A stretch of DNA of 64,000 bases from positions 31,496,001-31,560,000 of the forward strand of contig OZ024745.1 in the NCBI GenBank assembly GCA_964016885.1, given 5' to 3'. A program made the translations under genes and the position numbers. Source of the stretch: Eledone cirrhosa. Lineage: Eukaryota. The stretch's first letter is position 1. Every line of letters begins with the position of its first letter. Positions 38,895 to 51,720 of the stretch are shown here, piece after piece. The notes beneath the pieces are model-generated. The model was not told the origin of the DNA, did no database searches, and worked only from the letters and a program-made list of their open reading frames with translations.

Positions 38895-39410
38895 TATCTA
38901 CGAAGAGGGAACCATCTGGGTTGTCCAGAAGTGACGGCAAAGACCTGACGGACTTACCCTTGTGTCCCTGGTCGAGAGGCAGGTGCCTTGTCTGGGACGT
39001 CACTGTTAGTGACTCTTTTCCACATCCTGGATGCTGCGGTTAGGACGAGAGCCACAGCTTCTGCAGCCGAGCGGAGTAAGACCCTCAAATACTCTGATCT
39101 GTCGGCCAGCTACATTTTTAAGCCTGTGGTTTTCGAGACGTTTGGGGGAGTCGGGCCGCTGACTGCGAGGTTCCTCTCTTCACTGGCGGCTCGCCTAATA
39201 GAGGTAACTGGCGAATCTCGCGAGGGCGCTTGGCTGTTTCAGCGCATCAGCCTCACCATCACCTGAGGTAACACTGACAGTGTGCTGGCTTGCCTCAAAA
39301 ATCATTAGAGAGGTTGCCCAGTACTCGCGACGTTGCTGTCTTTTGCTCTGGTGTTAGCTACGTTGTTCACCCCTTCCTTTACATTTTCTTTAATATTGTA
39401 ACATTAAAGG
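38895..39410 (+). mobile_element. CRE-like RLE retrotransposon 3' end (endonuclease domain only)
   Basis: EPSGLSRSDG.RPDGLTL..W..G.CLVWDVT...AAERSKTLKYSDL...PVVFETFGG...WLFQRISL, with frameshifts; GC-rich relative to the host. Confidence 0.8.
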
Positions 39411-39537
39411 AATATATCTTTCTGAAGGACGAGCTATTTATAATGTTATCGAAGCATTTGTAATGTTATTTATGTATATATTTGAAACATATTTGTTATG
39501 TTATTCTACTGTAAATTTATATGCTCTGTTTATATTT

Positions 39538-40340
39538 TCATCATCGTTTTACGTCCGCTTTTCCATGCTTGTATGAGTTGGACGGGCCCTTCTCAGCACA
39601 ACATCTCTTCACTTGCTGCGTTTCTTCATCTCTTCTGAGTCTCAGCAATTTGAGGTCACTCTCACAAACACTGCCCAGTCTTTTCTTAGTCTACCCTTAT
39701 TGCGACTTCCTTCCACTGGCATTTCATCATCCATGCGCATCACATGCCCATATCAACGCAGTCCCTTCTCCTGTACATCACCTCGGATTTCTCTTAAATC
39801 AAGTTTCTCCTTCAGTTCATCCAAGCTCTGCCTTTCTCTCACACATTGCACATCAACGAAGCATGGCTGCTTCATTTCTCTCCAGTCTACGCATGTCTTC
39901 TGCGGTCACTGCCCATGTTTCACTACCATGTAGCATCACACTTCGCATCCAGGCATCATACAGTTGTCGTTTTATACGTAGGGAGAAACCTTTTGTTGTC
40001 AACAGTGGGAGTAGCTCTATAAACTTCTATTCTATCCTTATTCTAGCTATTATGCTGTCAGAGCACCCTCCTCCACTGCTAATTAAGTCACCTAGATAGC
40101 AGAAGCTATCAACCACTTCTATGGACACTTCCTGTGACTTGAAGAGGTTTATATCACTGACGCTATTCACCATTCTTCAGCCCTTCGATTGCTTCTTTGG
40201 CCCTATAACTGTCAACTTCAATAGCTGATCCTTCTGTTGGGTAATTTCTCTTCCTCTCATAGTAACATTTCCAGCCCTCTTTCTTTTGGGAATCAGTGGT
40301 GCTATGTGTACCAGCGTCATTCCTAACACATTTTCCCCCA
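39538..40340 (-). mobile_element. RTE LINE fragments
   Basis: Reverse strand FCYLGD..SSGGGCS..LYDA..SETW...RRLR; RTE tail at 39538-39600. Confidence 0.8.
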
Positions 40341-40789
40341 ACATTTCGATTTACACTAACACATTGCCTTGCAATAAGAAACACTTCACAGCTCAAAACA
40401 TTGACAAACTTTCTTTTTTCAGCCTCTCTCCTATCTGTGTATAATTGTCACCTAGCTTCTCTCTTAGGTACCTGGTACTGGTCTCTGTTACCCCCATTTT
40501 TCCTGTCTTTCCACACCTGACACTTTTCGTTAATGGCTCTATCCATTGTGTTGTTCCACCACCAGGTCACCCTTTGTCTGGCTGGCACTTTACTCAAGCT
40601 ACAAGTCTTGTCAGTGGTTTACAAAAGGTTGTCATGTAGGAATTTCCAGTTGTCCGCTACATTATATGTACCTAGTTTGTCACCCCTCGTCTGCATCCTG
40701 TAGGGTCTTTCTAAACCTATATTTAACTGAAGGGTCCTTTAGTTTCCATATTTACAGGTTCTACGAGTCCTTAATGCAACACTACTTCC

Positions 40790-42555
40790 CAAATAACTGA
40801 CAGTGACTTCATATTCATTGCAGGCAACTTTAATGGATTTGTTGGGCAACACTGCAATCAATGGCTTCAATGGGATCCATGGGGGGTTTGGCGCTAGAAA
40901 TGAGGATGTTTCAGATTCCTGGAATTCTGTGACACTAATGACCTATCTATCTGTAATACAAACTTCAAAAAACAAGACAACCACTTAATCACCTATAGAT
41001 CAGGTGAGCACACACCAGCCAGATAGATTTTATTCTTACTAGAAGATGTGACAGAGTTACGGTTGGGAACACAATGTACCAACCCGGTGAAGAATACACC
41101 TCTCAACATAACTTAGTAGTTAGTGATCTTATAGTTAGGACTAGAAGAATATGGAAGTTGAAGGACCCATCAAAAGTAACAAATTTAGAAGTATGTTCAT
41201 TGATGCTTTCAACCTGATGGTGAAATAGTAAGGTAGATGAAACAATTAAGGCCAAAAGAAAGGTATGGAAGGAATGGCAAAATAGGTGAAGTAGAGAAGT
41301 CTACTAGAATGCTAAGAGAGAAGCTAGGCAACAAGTATACCTTGCAAGAAGGGAAGTGAAAAATAAAACAATTTAAGCATATTTTACATGTGGTGTTCAG
41401 TATTGCAAGGCAGTGTCAGGGAAAATTATGATGTTGGTGGAGAGAAGTGTGTCCAAAATAATAATAGCGAACTTGCCCTCATTGACGCTGAAAAAAAGGT
41501 AACATGGAAGTGCCGGTATGAAAGCTTACTGAACAAAGAGAATGCATAGGAAAAAGATAGTTTGCCCCAAGTTGACCCAACTGAGGGAGAAGCTGTACAG
41601 GTCATCTGTTGTATAGTAAGGCAATCAAGGATATGAAGACAGGCGAGGCAGCTGGATCATCGGGGATAGTTGCCAAGATGTTGAAAGCATTGGAAATAGT
41701 GGGTTACAACATAGTCACGCATATCGTAAACCAAGTAATACAAAATGGTGTCATATCCAATGACTGGCATAGCATCATCATTGTTAACTTGGTAATTGAC
41801 CAGGTTATGAAGGTCACATAAAGAGTTATAGCACAACTGATAAAGGATCAAGTTAACCTAGATGAGATGCAGTTTGGATTTGTGCCAGGTAAAAGTACCA
41901 TAGTTGCCCTCTTCCTTGTGAGGCAACTGCAGGATAAGTGCTTAGCTAAACATAAACCCCTTTACTTGGCTTTTGTGGACCAGGAGAATGCTTTTGACAA
42001 AGTCTGCCATTCCATTATCTGGTGGGCTCTTCGAAAACTAGGAGTAGACGAGTGGCTTGTAAGAACTATACAAGCCATGTTTAGAGGAACAGTCAGTAAG
42101 GTCAGAAAATTAACAATGACAATAGTGAAGAATTTAGCATACAGGTTGGTGTCCATCAGGTCTCAGTTCTTAGCCCTCTCCTGTTTATTATTGTTCTGTA
42201 GGCTATAACAGAGGAATTTAAGACTGGCTGTTCATGGATGTGCAATCTAAATGTGAAAGAAAGGCAGAGCTTGGATGAACTAAGGGAGAACTAGGGTTTA
42301 AGAGGAATCCAAGGTGGTGTGCAAGATAGAAGATTGCGTTGGTACTGATGTGATGCGCATGGATGATGATCAGGAAATCCCAGTGGAAGGAAGCCACAGT
42401 AGAGGTACACCAATGACTGGGCTGAAGTGGTGACTCACAGAGGAGATGACAAAAGAACAACATGGCGAGTGAAGAGATGCTGTGCTGAAAGGGACCTACC
42501 TGTCCAACCTATACAAACATGGAAAAAGGATGTAAAAACAAAGATGATGATGAAC
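40790..42555 (+). mobile_element. Long decayed RTE LINE (APE endonuclease and RT remnants)
   Basis: GxFNG..G...HGGFG.RNE (APE), MKTGEAAGSSG, MQFGFVPGKST, LAFVD.ENAFD; many stops and indels. Confidence 0.85.
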
Positions 42556-43081
42556 AGGCTTCTGCAATTTCTGTTAACCAAATTCCACCCACAAAACATT
42601 GGTCAACCCGAGGCTATAGAAGATACTTGCTCAAGGTGCCGCACTGTGGGACTGAACTCATAATCCTTGATGGAATAAATGTAAAATATAAGCCATTAAG
42701 ATTTACTGTAAAAATCACAAATTTTTTTTAATTATTGTTGCATTTTCAAATGAGTGTTTGATAATAAACTACACATTGCAAATACATAAGAAATATATAA
42801 TTTAATTATTTTCTTTTAATATATATTTTTACTGTTTTTGATTCATTTTACCATGTGTGCAGGGAGGGAAAACTTTATTTTTACAAATTTATGTCCAAGC
42901 CCTACAAGCATGGAAAAGCAGATGTAAAATGATGATGATGATACATATTGTTGGGACAATGTTTTCTTCCTTTCTACAGCTAACGGCTTCCTTGTTGTTA
43001 ACTATTCAACCACAAAGTATGATTGGACCCATTCAATAGGCAGTCAAAATGACTGATAGTTTAGCCATAATTCATAAAATA

Positions 43082-44229
43082 TTACTGCATTTGTGTATTT
43101 TCTTCATTGTCTAAATTTTGCAATACAAATGATAAATGTTCACAGATGATTGTATGGAGATCACTGGAAATATACATAAGAATCCTGAAATTGTCTTTGT
43201 CTGCTAAAACACCACTTGGTGTTGCCATCACATCAGATAAAGTCTTGTGAACTTGACTGATCTTTTGAAAATGATCAGGATTCAGTGGCATTGGTAACAC
43301 CTTACAGACTTCAGTAAAGTTAGACAACCAGTCATAGTATTCTTGGCTACTGAAATCTGGTTTTGATACAAAATCTACCTGCCCTTCAAGTTTATCACTA
43401 TGTAGATGTTGGGAATCTGTTGTAATTTCTTCTTGTTTCACGGAATCGTTTTCTTCATAATGAACTTCAACAAAATGAGGCTGATTATCACCCTTTACAT
43501 TTTCTATAAGTTGTTGAGCATATTCCACTGGCACTTCTACTTGCTCTGCACAAGCTTGATTTGAATTTTGCTCAATGTCTTCCAAGCTGACAATAGTTAT
43601 TACAGTAGCGCCATCTGTAGTGTTTTCAATCAATGAAGGGAGGTCTTGTTCAACAATTGTTGCAGCAATTTGATTTGCAGTGTTTTCATAGTTAGCAGCA
43701 TGTTCATGTGATGTAGCTTGGCAAATAGCAGAGAACTGCTCTCGCTCATTTGCAGAGATAGTGCCAATGCCAGCAGATTGCATTGCAGTAGCTACCACTT
43801 GAGCCACAGTCTGTGAACTTGGACCATCAGTTTCTTCTAGGATAACATCTCCACTACTGATTGGTGTGGCTATGTGTGTCACTTCACTACCTGTTAAACC
43901 TTCAACTATCTGTGCTAATTTTTTGTGATATGCTGTTGGTTTATTGTCTATTTCAACTCTAGAAACAGCCCCACTTTGGATTTTGTCATTTTCCTTATGA
44001 GAGAACTGAGAACTAGATTTTGTTTTTTGTTTTTCAATTTTAAAATTGCTCTCCTGTTCTGAATGCTTCCGTGTCATATGAACTTTCAGTTGTCCAGCCC
44101 TTTTAAAAGAATCACCACAGAGATCACAAGAGTATGGTTTGGAACCCAAATGTTCTTTAACATGACGTCTTTTGCTGGAAGGGTCACTGAACCGTGCATG
44201 GCATAAATTACAAACAAATGGTTTCTTTC
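43082..44229 (-). CDS. AT-hook/C2H2 zinc-finger protein, terminal coding exon (fingers 7-8, acidic linker, C-terminal domain)
   Basis: TTTCAG|GA AAG AAA CCA; fingers CNLC..SKRRHVKEH and CDLC..HMTRKH; TAA stop at 43082-43084. Confidence 0.9.
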
Positions 44230-45575
44230 CTGAAAGAAAAAAAAACAATAAAAAAAGTTAAAACTGTATTTATATGAAGAAAAAAAAGGAAAAGAAAAAT
44301 AATCTTATTATCTACATCATAAAAACTTTCTGGAGTCAATAAAATACTAGTTAAATATTGGATGTTGCTCTAACTGACTATAATTTATGGCTTTGTGCCT
44401 TAGTGAAAAATAATTATTACTACTATTATTAGGGTGGTGGATTGGCAGTATTGGTAGAGCGTCGAACAACATGCTTTGCGTTATAGTCTTACACCCTTTA
44501 CATTTTGAATTCAAACCCCACAGGTTAGCTTTGCCTTTCATTCTTAAGGGATTGATAAAATAAAGTACCAGTAATGCACTGGGGTCAATTTAATCAACTT
44601 TTCTCTCCCCCAAAATTGTTGGCCTTGTGCCTAAATCAGAAACCATATTTTGATGATTCTGTCCACCTTCAAATTCTACATAAATAAGGTTTGGATTTTT
44701 GCCCAGTTCTCAGACATAAAATAGTGGAGTCAACTTATATTTGAGTATCTAAGGTAAATCACTCAGGCAATATATTTTATTAGAAATATAGTAACAAAAG
44801 AGTTAAGAGTTATGGTTAAAAGTTTGATATATGATTTTACAACACGATAATAAACGCTGTAATAACTTAGCCTGAATTACTTAGACAAGTTTATTAACGG
44901 AATTTTGTGTGTATATATATATATATTTTTTTTGGTCTTGAATATTATTTTTTGTATACTTATAAAAAAAAATTAAATACATTTGTTGGTGTTTAATCCC
45001 AGGTCAGGAACATATGGTAGTAACCATTCAGTATCTTTTATACGACTATATTGTCCAAACTGACTTTTTAGTCAGTAGGTAGTGTGATTCGAGGGGCATT
45101 TAGTTGATACTTCTAGCAAATCAAGCAGCCACATAATAGCTCCCTTGTTGGTTCAGTTAAACAGTAGTCTTTGTCATGTAGTTAATTTGAATGACAATGT
45201 CATCAATAGTCAGTGTACAATATCTGTAAATGGGAGCATTAGAACTGTGAAATTGATGAACATTAACTTTGCCTTTCATCCTTACGGGGTCGATAAAATA
45301 AAGTACCAGTCATACACTGGAATAATTGCTGGCCTTGTGCCAAAAGTAGAAACAATTAATTACATAATTACTGTGTTAATTGAACAATTTATCTATTCAT
45401 CATTACATTAAGTCTCTTTCCAACACAATATATTTGATTATGTTTATTTAATACAGGAATGTGGTGGAGTTGTAAACAGTTTCATCTATATACATTATAC
45501 GTGGATGAGGACTTTCAAACCCATATATAAATATTTCCTATGTATAATCACATACATAGGTTTTTATTACCATTC

Positions 45576-45652
45576 CTACTGTTGACTTACCATCAACAGT
45601 GGATGGTATACAACTACTAATGACTTACCATCAACAGTGGATGGTATACAAC
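45576..45652. repeat. Two units of the 38-bp minisatellite upstream of the LINE
   Basis: Identical to units of the array at 47484-51389. Confidence 0.95.
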
Positions 45653-47483
45653 AAGGTGTTCTGGAAGTATGTTCACTCAAAGCAGAGGCCTCACTCTCCA
45701 GTTAGTCCTCTTCGCAATCCCCACACAAGCCAGGTTACTGACGACCCCAAGGAATGCGCAGAGCTCATTGCTGAATGCTATGCAGGCATTTTCACCATTG
45801 AAGACCAGAGTGTACCATCTCCACCACCTATGACACCGGACTCTATTACAACCATGGAATTTACACCTGCAATGCTGCGACGTCACCTAAAAAATAAACG
45901 CAACCATGCCTCTCCTGGTCTTGATGGTGTTACGTACCTGCTTCTTAAACGTGGTGGGTACTTCCTTCTACACCAGTTATCACGCTTCTTCCAATTCTGT
46001 CTGAACAACAGTGCTACTCCAGAACAGTGGAAAACTGCCAGTGTCATTCCTCTGTTCAAAAAGGGTGACCGCACATCACCTGTGAACTATCGTCCAGTCA
46101 GTCTTACTAGTTGCATCGCCAAACTGATGGAATCCTGTGTCAGAGAAACACTTTGGAACTTCTGGAGCTCTCACAGTCTTATCCGGCCCTCGCAATTTGG
46201 ATTTATCCCCAACTCCAGCTGCTGTGATCAACTTATAGAGTTTCTTGAGGACATCACCCGGATCACTGATGGCGGCTCATGGGTGGATGTTGTTTATCTT
46301 GACTTTGCGAAGGCCTTCAATTCTGTGCCACACAAAAGGCTTATGGCAAAACTCTCTGCAATGGGTGTGAAGGATGATCTTTTTAACTGGTTGAAGTCCT
46401 TCATTCTCAGTCGAAGAGAGGTAGTCACGGTTCTGGGACAGCATTCCTCACCATATGAGATGTCATCTGGTGTACCTCAGGGATCTGTTCTTGGCCCCCT
46501 TTTGTTTGTGGCATATATTAATGACATAGATGCCAACTTAAGGAATGCCACAGTACTAAAGTACGCAGACGACATCAAGCTGTACCTTGAGATAAAAAGG
46601 ACAGATCCTGAACACTATAGATCTTGCTTGCAGTCTGACCTGGACACAATGCAACAGTGGATCTCAGACTGGCAACTCAAGCTAGCTGTGGACAAGTGCA
46701 CCACCATGCATTTTGGGAGTAAAAACCCAGTGTCCACATACTCTCTCCACAGCACTAATATCAAGAAGTCTTCCTGTGAACGTGACCTGGGCATTACGGT
46801 CAGCAGCGATTTGCGTTGGACGAGGCACGTCTCTAAAATTGTCAAGAGGGCCGAGGGTGTCTTAGCATCACTCAGCAAGACCTTTGTCAGCCGCTCTCCA
46901 GATATCTATTTAAGGCTGTATACAGCTATGGTGCGACCACACTTAGAATTTGCATCACCAGTCTGGAACCCCTATCTTGCTCAGGACATTGACCGCCTGG
47001 AAACTGTTCAGAGACATGCAACCAAGCGAATACCCTCCATCAGGCATCTACCATACTCTGAGCGCCTTGCTTCCCTGGGCATGGATTCATTGAAGCTCCG
47101 ACGCCTGGCAACTGACTTGGTAAACACCCACAAAATTGTTAACCATGTTGCCAACAACAACCCTGAGTGCCTTTTCGATTTCCATGTGTCTAACACACGT
47201 GGACATGCCCACAAAGTAAGAAAACAGCACAGTTCCCATGACTTTCGGAAACATTTTTTCACGCTCAGAGTTGCTGAAGCATGGAACAAACTACCTGCAT
47301 CAGTTGTTAGCTGTCGAGACACTGCATCCTTTAAGGCCTCCATGCTTCCCGAGATCCGCCAACACTACAGCTAACACATACAAACATGTACTTCCCTGGC
47401 ATTTGTGTATTATTCTATGTACTATATTGACGAGTTGTAGTGCACCTGAGGACTTTACACAATAATTTCATTATTATTATTAT
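45653..47483 (+). mobile_element. 5'-truncated CR1/L2-group LINE with an uninterrupted RT ORF (stop at 47372-47374), short 3' UTR and (TTA)n tail
   Basis: Motifs PGLDG, KKGDR..NYRPVSLTS, QFGF, LDFAKAF, GVPQGSVLGPLLF, YADD, VRPHLEFASPVW and FFTLRV..WNKLP. No endonuclease or ORF1. Antisense within the last intron of the zinc-finger gene. Confidence 0.93.
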
Positions 47484-50400
47484 TACTGTTGACTTACCAT
47501 CAACAGTGGATGGTATACAACTACTAATGACCTACCATCAACAGTGGATGGTATACAACTACTAATGACCTACCATCAACAGTGGATGGTATACAACTAC
47601 TAATGACTTACCATCAACAGTGGATGGTATACAACTACTGTTGACTTACCATCAACAGTGGATGGTATACAACTACTGTTGACTTACCATCAACAGTGGA
47701 TGGTATACAACTACTGTTGACTTACCATCAACAGTGGATGGTATACAACTACTAATGACTTACCATCAACAGTGGATGGTATACAACTACTAATGACTTA
47801 CCATCAACAGTGGATGGTATACAACTACTAATGACTTACCATCAACAGTGGATGGTATACAACTACTAATGACCTACCATCAACAGTGGATGGTATACAA
47901 CTACTAATGACTTACCATCAACAGTGGATGGTATACAACTACTAATGACCTACCATCAACAGTGGATGGTATACAACTACTGTTGACTTACCATCAACAG
48001 TGGATGGTATACAACTACTAATGACTTACCATCAACAGTGGATGGTATACAACTACTAATGACCTACCATCAACAGTGGATGGTATACAACTACTAATGA
48101 CCTACCATCAACAGTGGATGGTATACAACTACTGTTGACTTACCATCAACAGTGGATGGTATACAACTACTGTTGACTTACCATCAACAGTGGATGGTAT
48201 ACAACTACTAATGACTTACCATCAACAGTGGATGGTATACAACTACTAATGACCTACCATCAACAGTGGATGGTATACAACTACTAATGACCTACCATCA
48301 ACAGTGGATGGTATACAACTACTAATGACCTACCATCAACAGTGGATGGTATACAACTACTAATGACCTACCATCAACAGTGGATGGTATACAACTACTA
48401 ATGACCTACCATCAACAGTGGATGGTATACAACTACTAATGACCTACCATCAACAGTGGATGGTATACAACTACTGTTGACTTACCATCAACAGTGGATG
48501 GTATACAACTACTAATGACCTACCATCAACAGTGGATGGTATACAACTACTAATGACTTACCATCAACAGTGGATGGTATACAACTACTAATGACCTACC
48601 ATCAACAGTGGATGGTATACAACTACTGTTGACTTACCAACAACAGTGGATGGTATACAACTACTAATGACTTACCATCAACAGTGGATGGTATACAACT
48701 ACTAATGACCTACCATCAACAGTGGATGGTATACAACTACTAATGACCTACCATCAACAGTGGATGGTATACAACTACTGTTGACTTACCATCAACAGTG
48801 GATGGTATACAACTACTGTTGACTTACCATCAACAGTGGATGGTATACAACTACTAATGACTTACCATCAACAGTGGATGGTATACAACTACTAATGACC
48901 TACCATCAACAGTGGATGGTATACAACTACTAATGACCTACCATCAACAGTGGATGGTATACAACTACTAATGACCTCCCATCAACAGTGGATGGTATAC
49001 AACTACTAATGACCTACCATCAACAGTGGATGGTATACAACTACTAATGACCTACCATCAACAGTGGATGGTATACAACTACTAATGACCTACCATCAAC
49101 AGTGGATGGTATACAACTACTAATGACCTACCATCAACAGTGGATGGTATACAACTACTGTTGACTTACCATCAACAGTGGATGGTATACAACTACTAAT
49201 GACCTACCATCAACAGTGGATGGTATACAACTACTGTTGACTTACCATCAACAGTGGATGGTATACAACTACTAATGACCTACCATCAACAGTGGATGGT
49301 ATACAACTACTAATGACTTACCATCAACAGTGGATGGTATACAACTACTGTTGACTTACCATCAACAGTGGATGGTATACAACTACTGTTGACTTACCAT
49401 CAACAGTGGATGGTATACAACTACTAATGACTTACCATCAACAGTGGATGGTATACAACTACTGTTGACTTACCATCAACAGTGGATGGTATACAACTAC
49501 TAATGACTTACCATCAACAGTGGATGGTATACAACTACTAATGACCTACCATCAACAGTGGATGGTATACAACTACTAATGACTTACCATCAACAGTGGA
49601 TGGTATACAACTACTAATGACCTACCATCAACAGTGGATGGTATACAACTACTAATGACCTACCATCAACAGTGGATGGTATACAACTACTGTTGACTTA
49701 CCATCAACAGTGGATGGTATACAACTACTAATGACTTACCATCAACAGTGGATGGTATACAACTACTGTTGACTTACCATCAACAGTGGATGGTATACAA
49801 CTACTAATGACTTACCATCAACAGTGGATGGTATACAACTACTAATGACCTACCATCAACAGTGGATGGTATACAACTACTAATGACCTACCATCAACAG
49901 TGGATGGTATACAACTACTGTTGACTTACCATCAACAGTGGATGGTATACAACTACTGTTGACTTACCATCAACAGTGGATGGTATACAACTACTAATGA
50001 CTTACCATCAACAGTGGATGGTATACAACTACTAATGACCTACCATCAACAGTGGATGGTATACAACTACTAATGACCTACCATCAACAGTGGATGGTAT
50101 ACAACTACTAATGACCTCCCATCAACAGTGGATGGTATACAACTACTAATGACCTACCATCAACAGTGGATGGTATACAACTACTAATGACCTACCATCA
50201 ACAGTGGATGGTATACAACTACTAATGACCTACCATCAACAGTGGATGGTATACAACTACTAATGACCTACCATCAACAGTGGATGGTATACAACTACTG
50301 TTGACTTACCATCAACAGTGGATGGTATACAACTACTAATGACCTACCATCAACAGTGGATGGTATACAACTACTGTTGACTTACCATCAACAGTGGATG

Positions 50401-51389
50401 GTATACAACTACTAATGACCTACCATCAACAGTGGATGGTATACAACTACTAATGACTTACCATCAACAGTGGATGGTATACAACTACTGTTGACTTACC
50501 ATCAACAGTGGATGGTATACAACTACTGTTGACTTACCATCAACAGTGGATGGTATACAACTACTAATGACTTACCATCAACAGTGGATGGTATACAACT
50601 ACTAATGACTTACCATCAACAGTGGATGGTATACAACTACTGTTGACTTACCATCAACAGTGGATGGTATACAACTACTAATGACTTACCATCAACAGTG
50701 GATGGTATACAACTACTAATGACCTACCATCAACAGTGGATGGTATACAACTACTAATGACTTACCATCAACAGTGGATGGTATACAACTACTAATGACC
50801 TACCATCAACAGTGGATGGTATACAACTACTAATGACCTACCATCAACAGTGGATGGTATACAACTACTAATGACCTACCATCAACAGTGGATGGTATAC
50901 AACTACTAATGACCTACCATCAACAGTGGATGGTATACAACTACTGTTGACTTACCATCAACAGTGGATGGTATACAACTACTAATGACTTACCATCAAC
51001 AGTGGATGGTATACAACTACTAATGACTTACCATCAACAGTGGATGGTATACAACTACTAATGACTTACCATCAACAGTGGATGGTATACAACTACTAAT
51101 GACCTACCATCAACAGTGGATGGTATACAACTACTAATGACCTACCATCAACAGTGGATGGTATACAACTACTAATGACCTACCATCAACAGTGGATGGT
51201 ATACAACTACTGTTGACTTACCATCAACAGTGGATGGTATACAACTACTAATGACTTACCATCAACAGTGGATGGTATACAACTACTGTTGACTTACCAT
51301 CAACAGTGGATGGTATACAACTACTAATGACTTACCATCAACAGTGGATGGTATACAACTACTAATGACCTACCATCAACAGTGGATGG
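47484..51389. repeat. 38-bp tandem minisatellite, about 103 units
   Basis: Unit TAC(TAAT|TGTT)GAC(T|C)TACCATCAACAGTGGATGGTATACAAC, nearly invariant, with the internal inverted repeat TACCATC/GATGGTA. Confidence 0.97.
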
Positions 51390-51399
51390 CATATGGAGT

Positions 51400-51511
51400 G
51401 GATTGCCATCAGTTTTGACGATGAGTGTTCTGAGTATTCCGGTTGTTCAATCAATGGAACAGACTGCTCATGAAATTAATGTTTAAGTGGTTGAGCATGC
51501 CATACTGACAC
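51400..51511 (-). mobile_element. 3' fragment of a cephalopod-type SINE abutting the array
   Basis: ATCAATGGAACAG.CTGCTC.TGAAATTAA...AAGTGG.TGAGCA resembles a common octopus SINE 3' region as recalled; not verified. Confidence 0.45.
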
Positions 51512-51636
51512 TAGGGATAAGCCCATGGAACTAGGATAAGCTGTGGGTTTTATCTAACTCATACATAATACGATAGACATAATAAAATAATTTTAAGTTA
51601 TGGTGAGAAACAAGATTAAGTGAAGGAGAAAGTTAC

Positions 51637-51720
51637 CTGTATGAATGATCTTATGCCTAGTTACGTCTGACTGGTGAGCAAAACCTCGGTTGCAGTGATC
51701 ACAGAGAAATGGCTTTTCAC
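51637..51720 (-). CDS. Zinc-finger gene coding exon 7 (finger 6)
   Basis: TTTCAG|G EKPFLCDHCNRGFAHQSDVTRHKIIHT G|GTAACT; 84 nt, phase 1-1; missed by the ORF track. Confidence 0.92.

Noticed and set aside
39521-40099. 192-aa ORF on the + strand (also 14059-14472 and 14539-14964)
   Set aside because: Antisense shadows of RTE LINE coding sequence.
47484-51389. CRISPR array, retron or DGR-like system (palindromic repeats next to an RT)
   Set aside because: Units are contiguous with no unique spacers, there are no cas genes, the context is a eukaryotic intron, and the RT has non-LTR (CR1/L2) motifs with a LINE tail.
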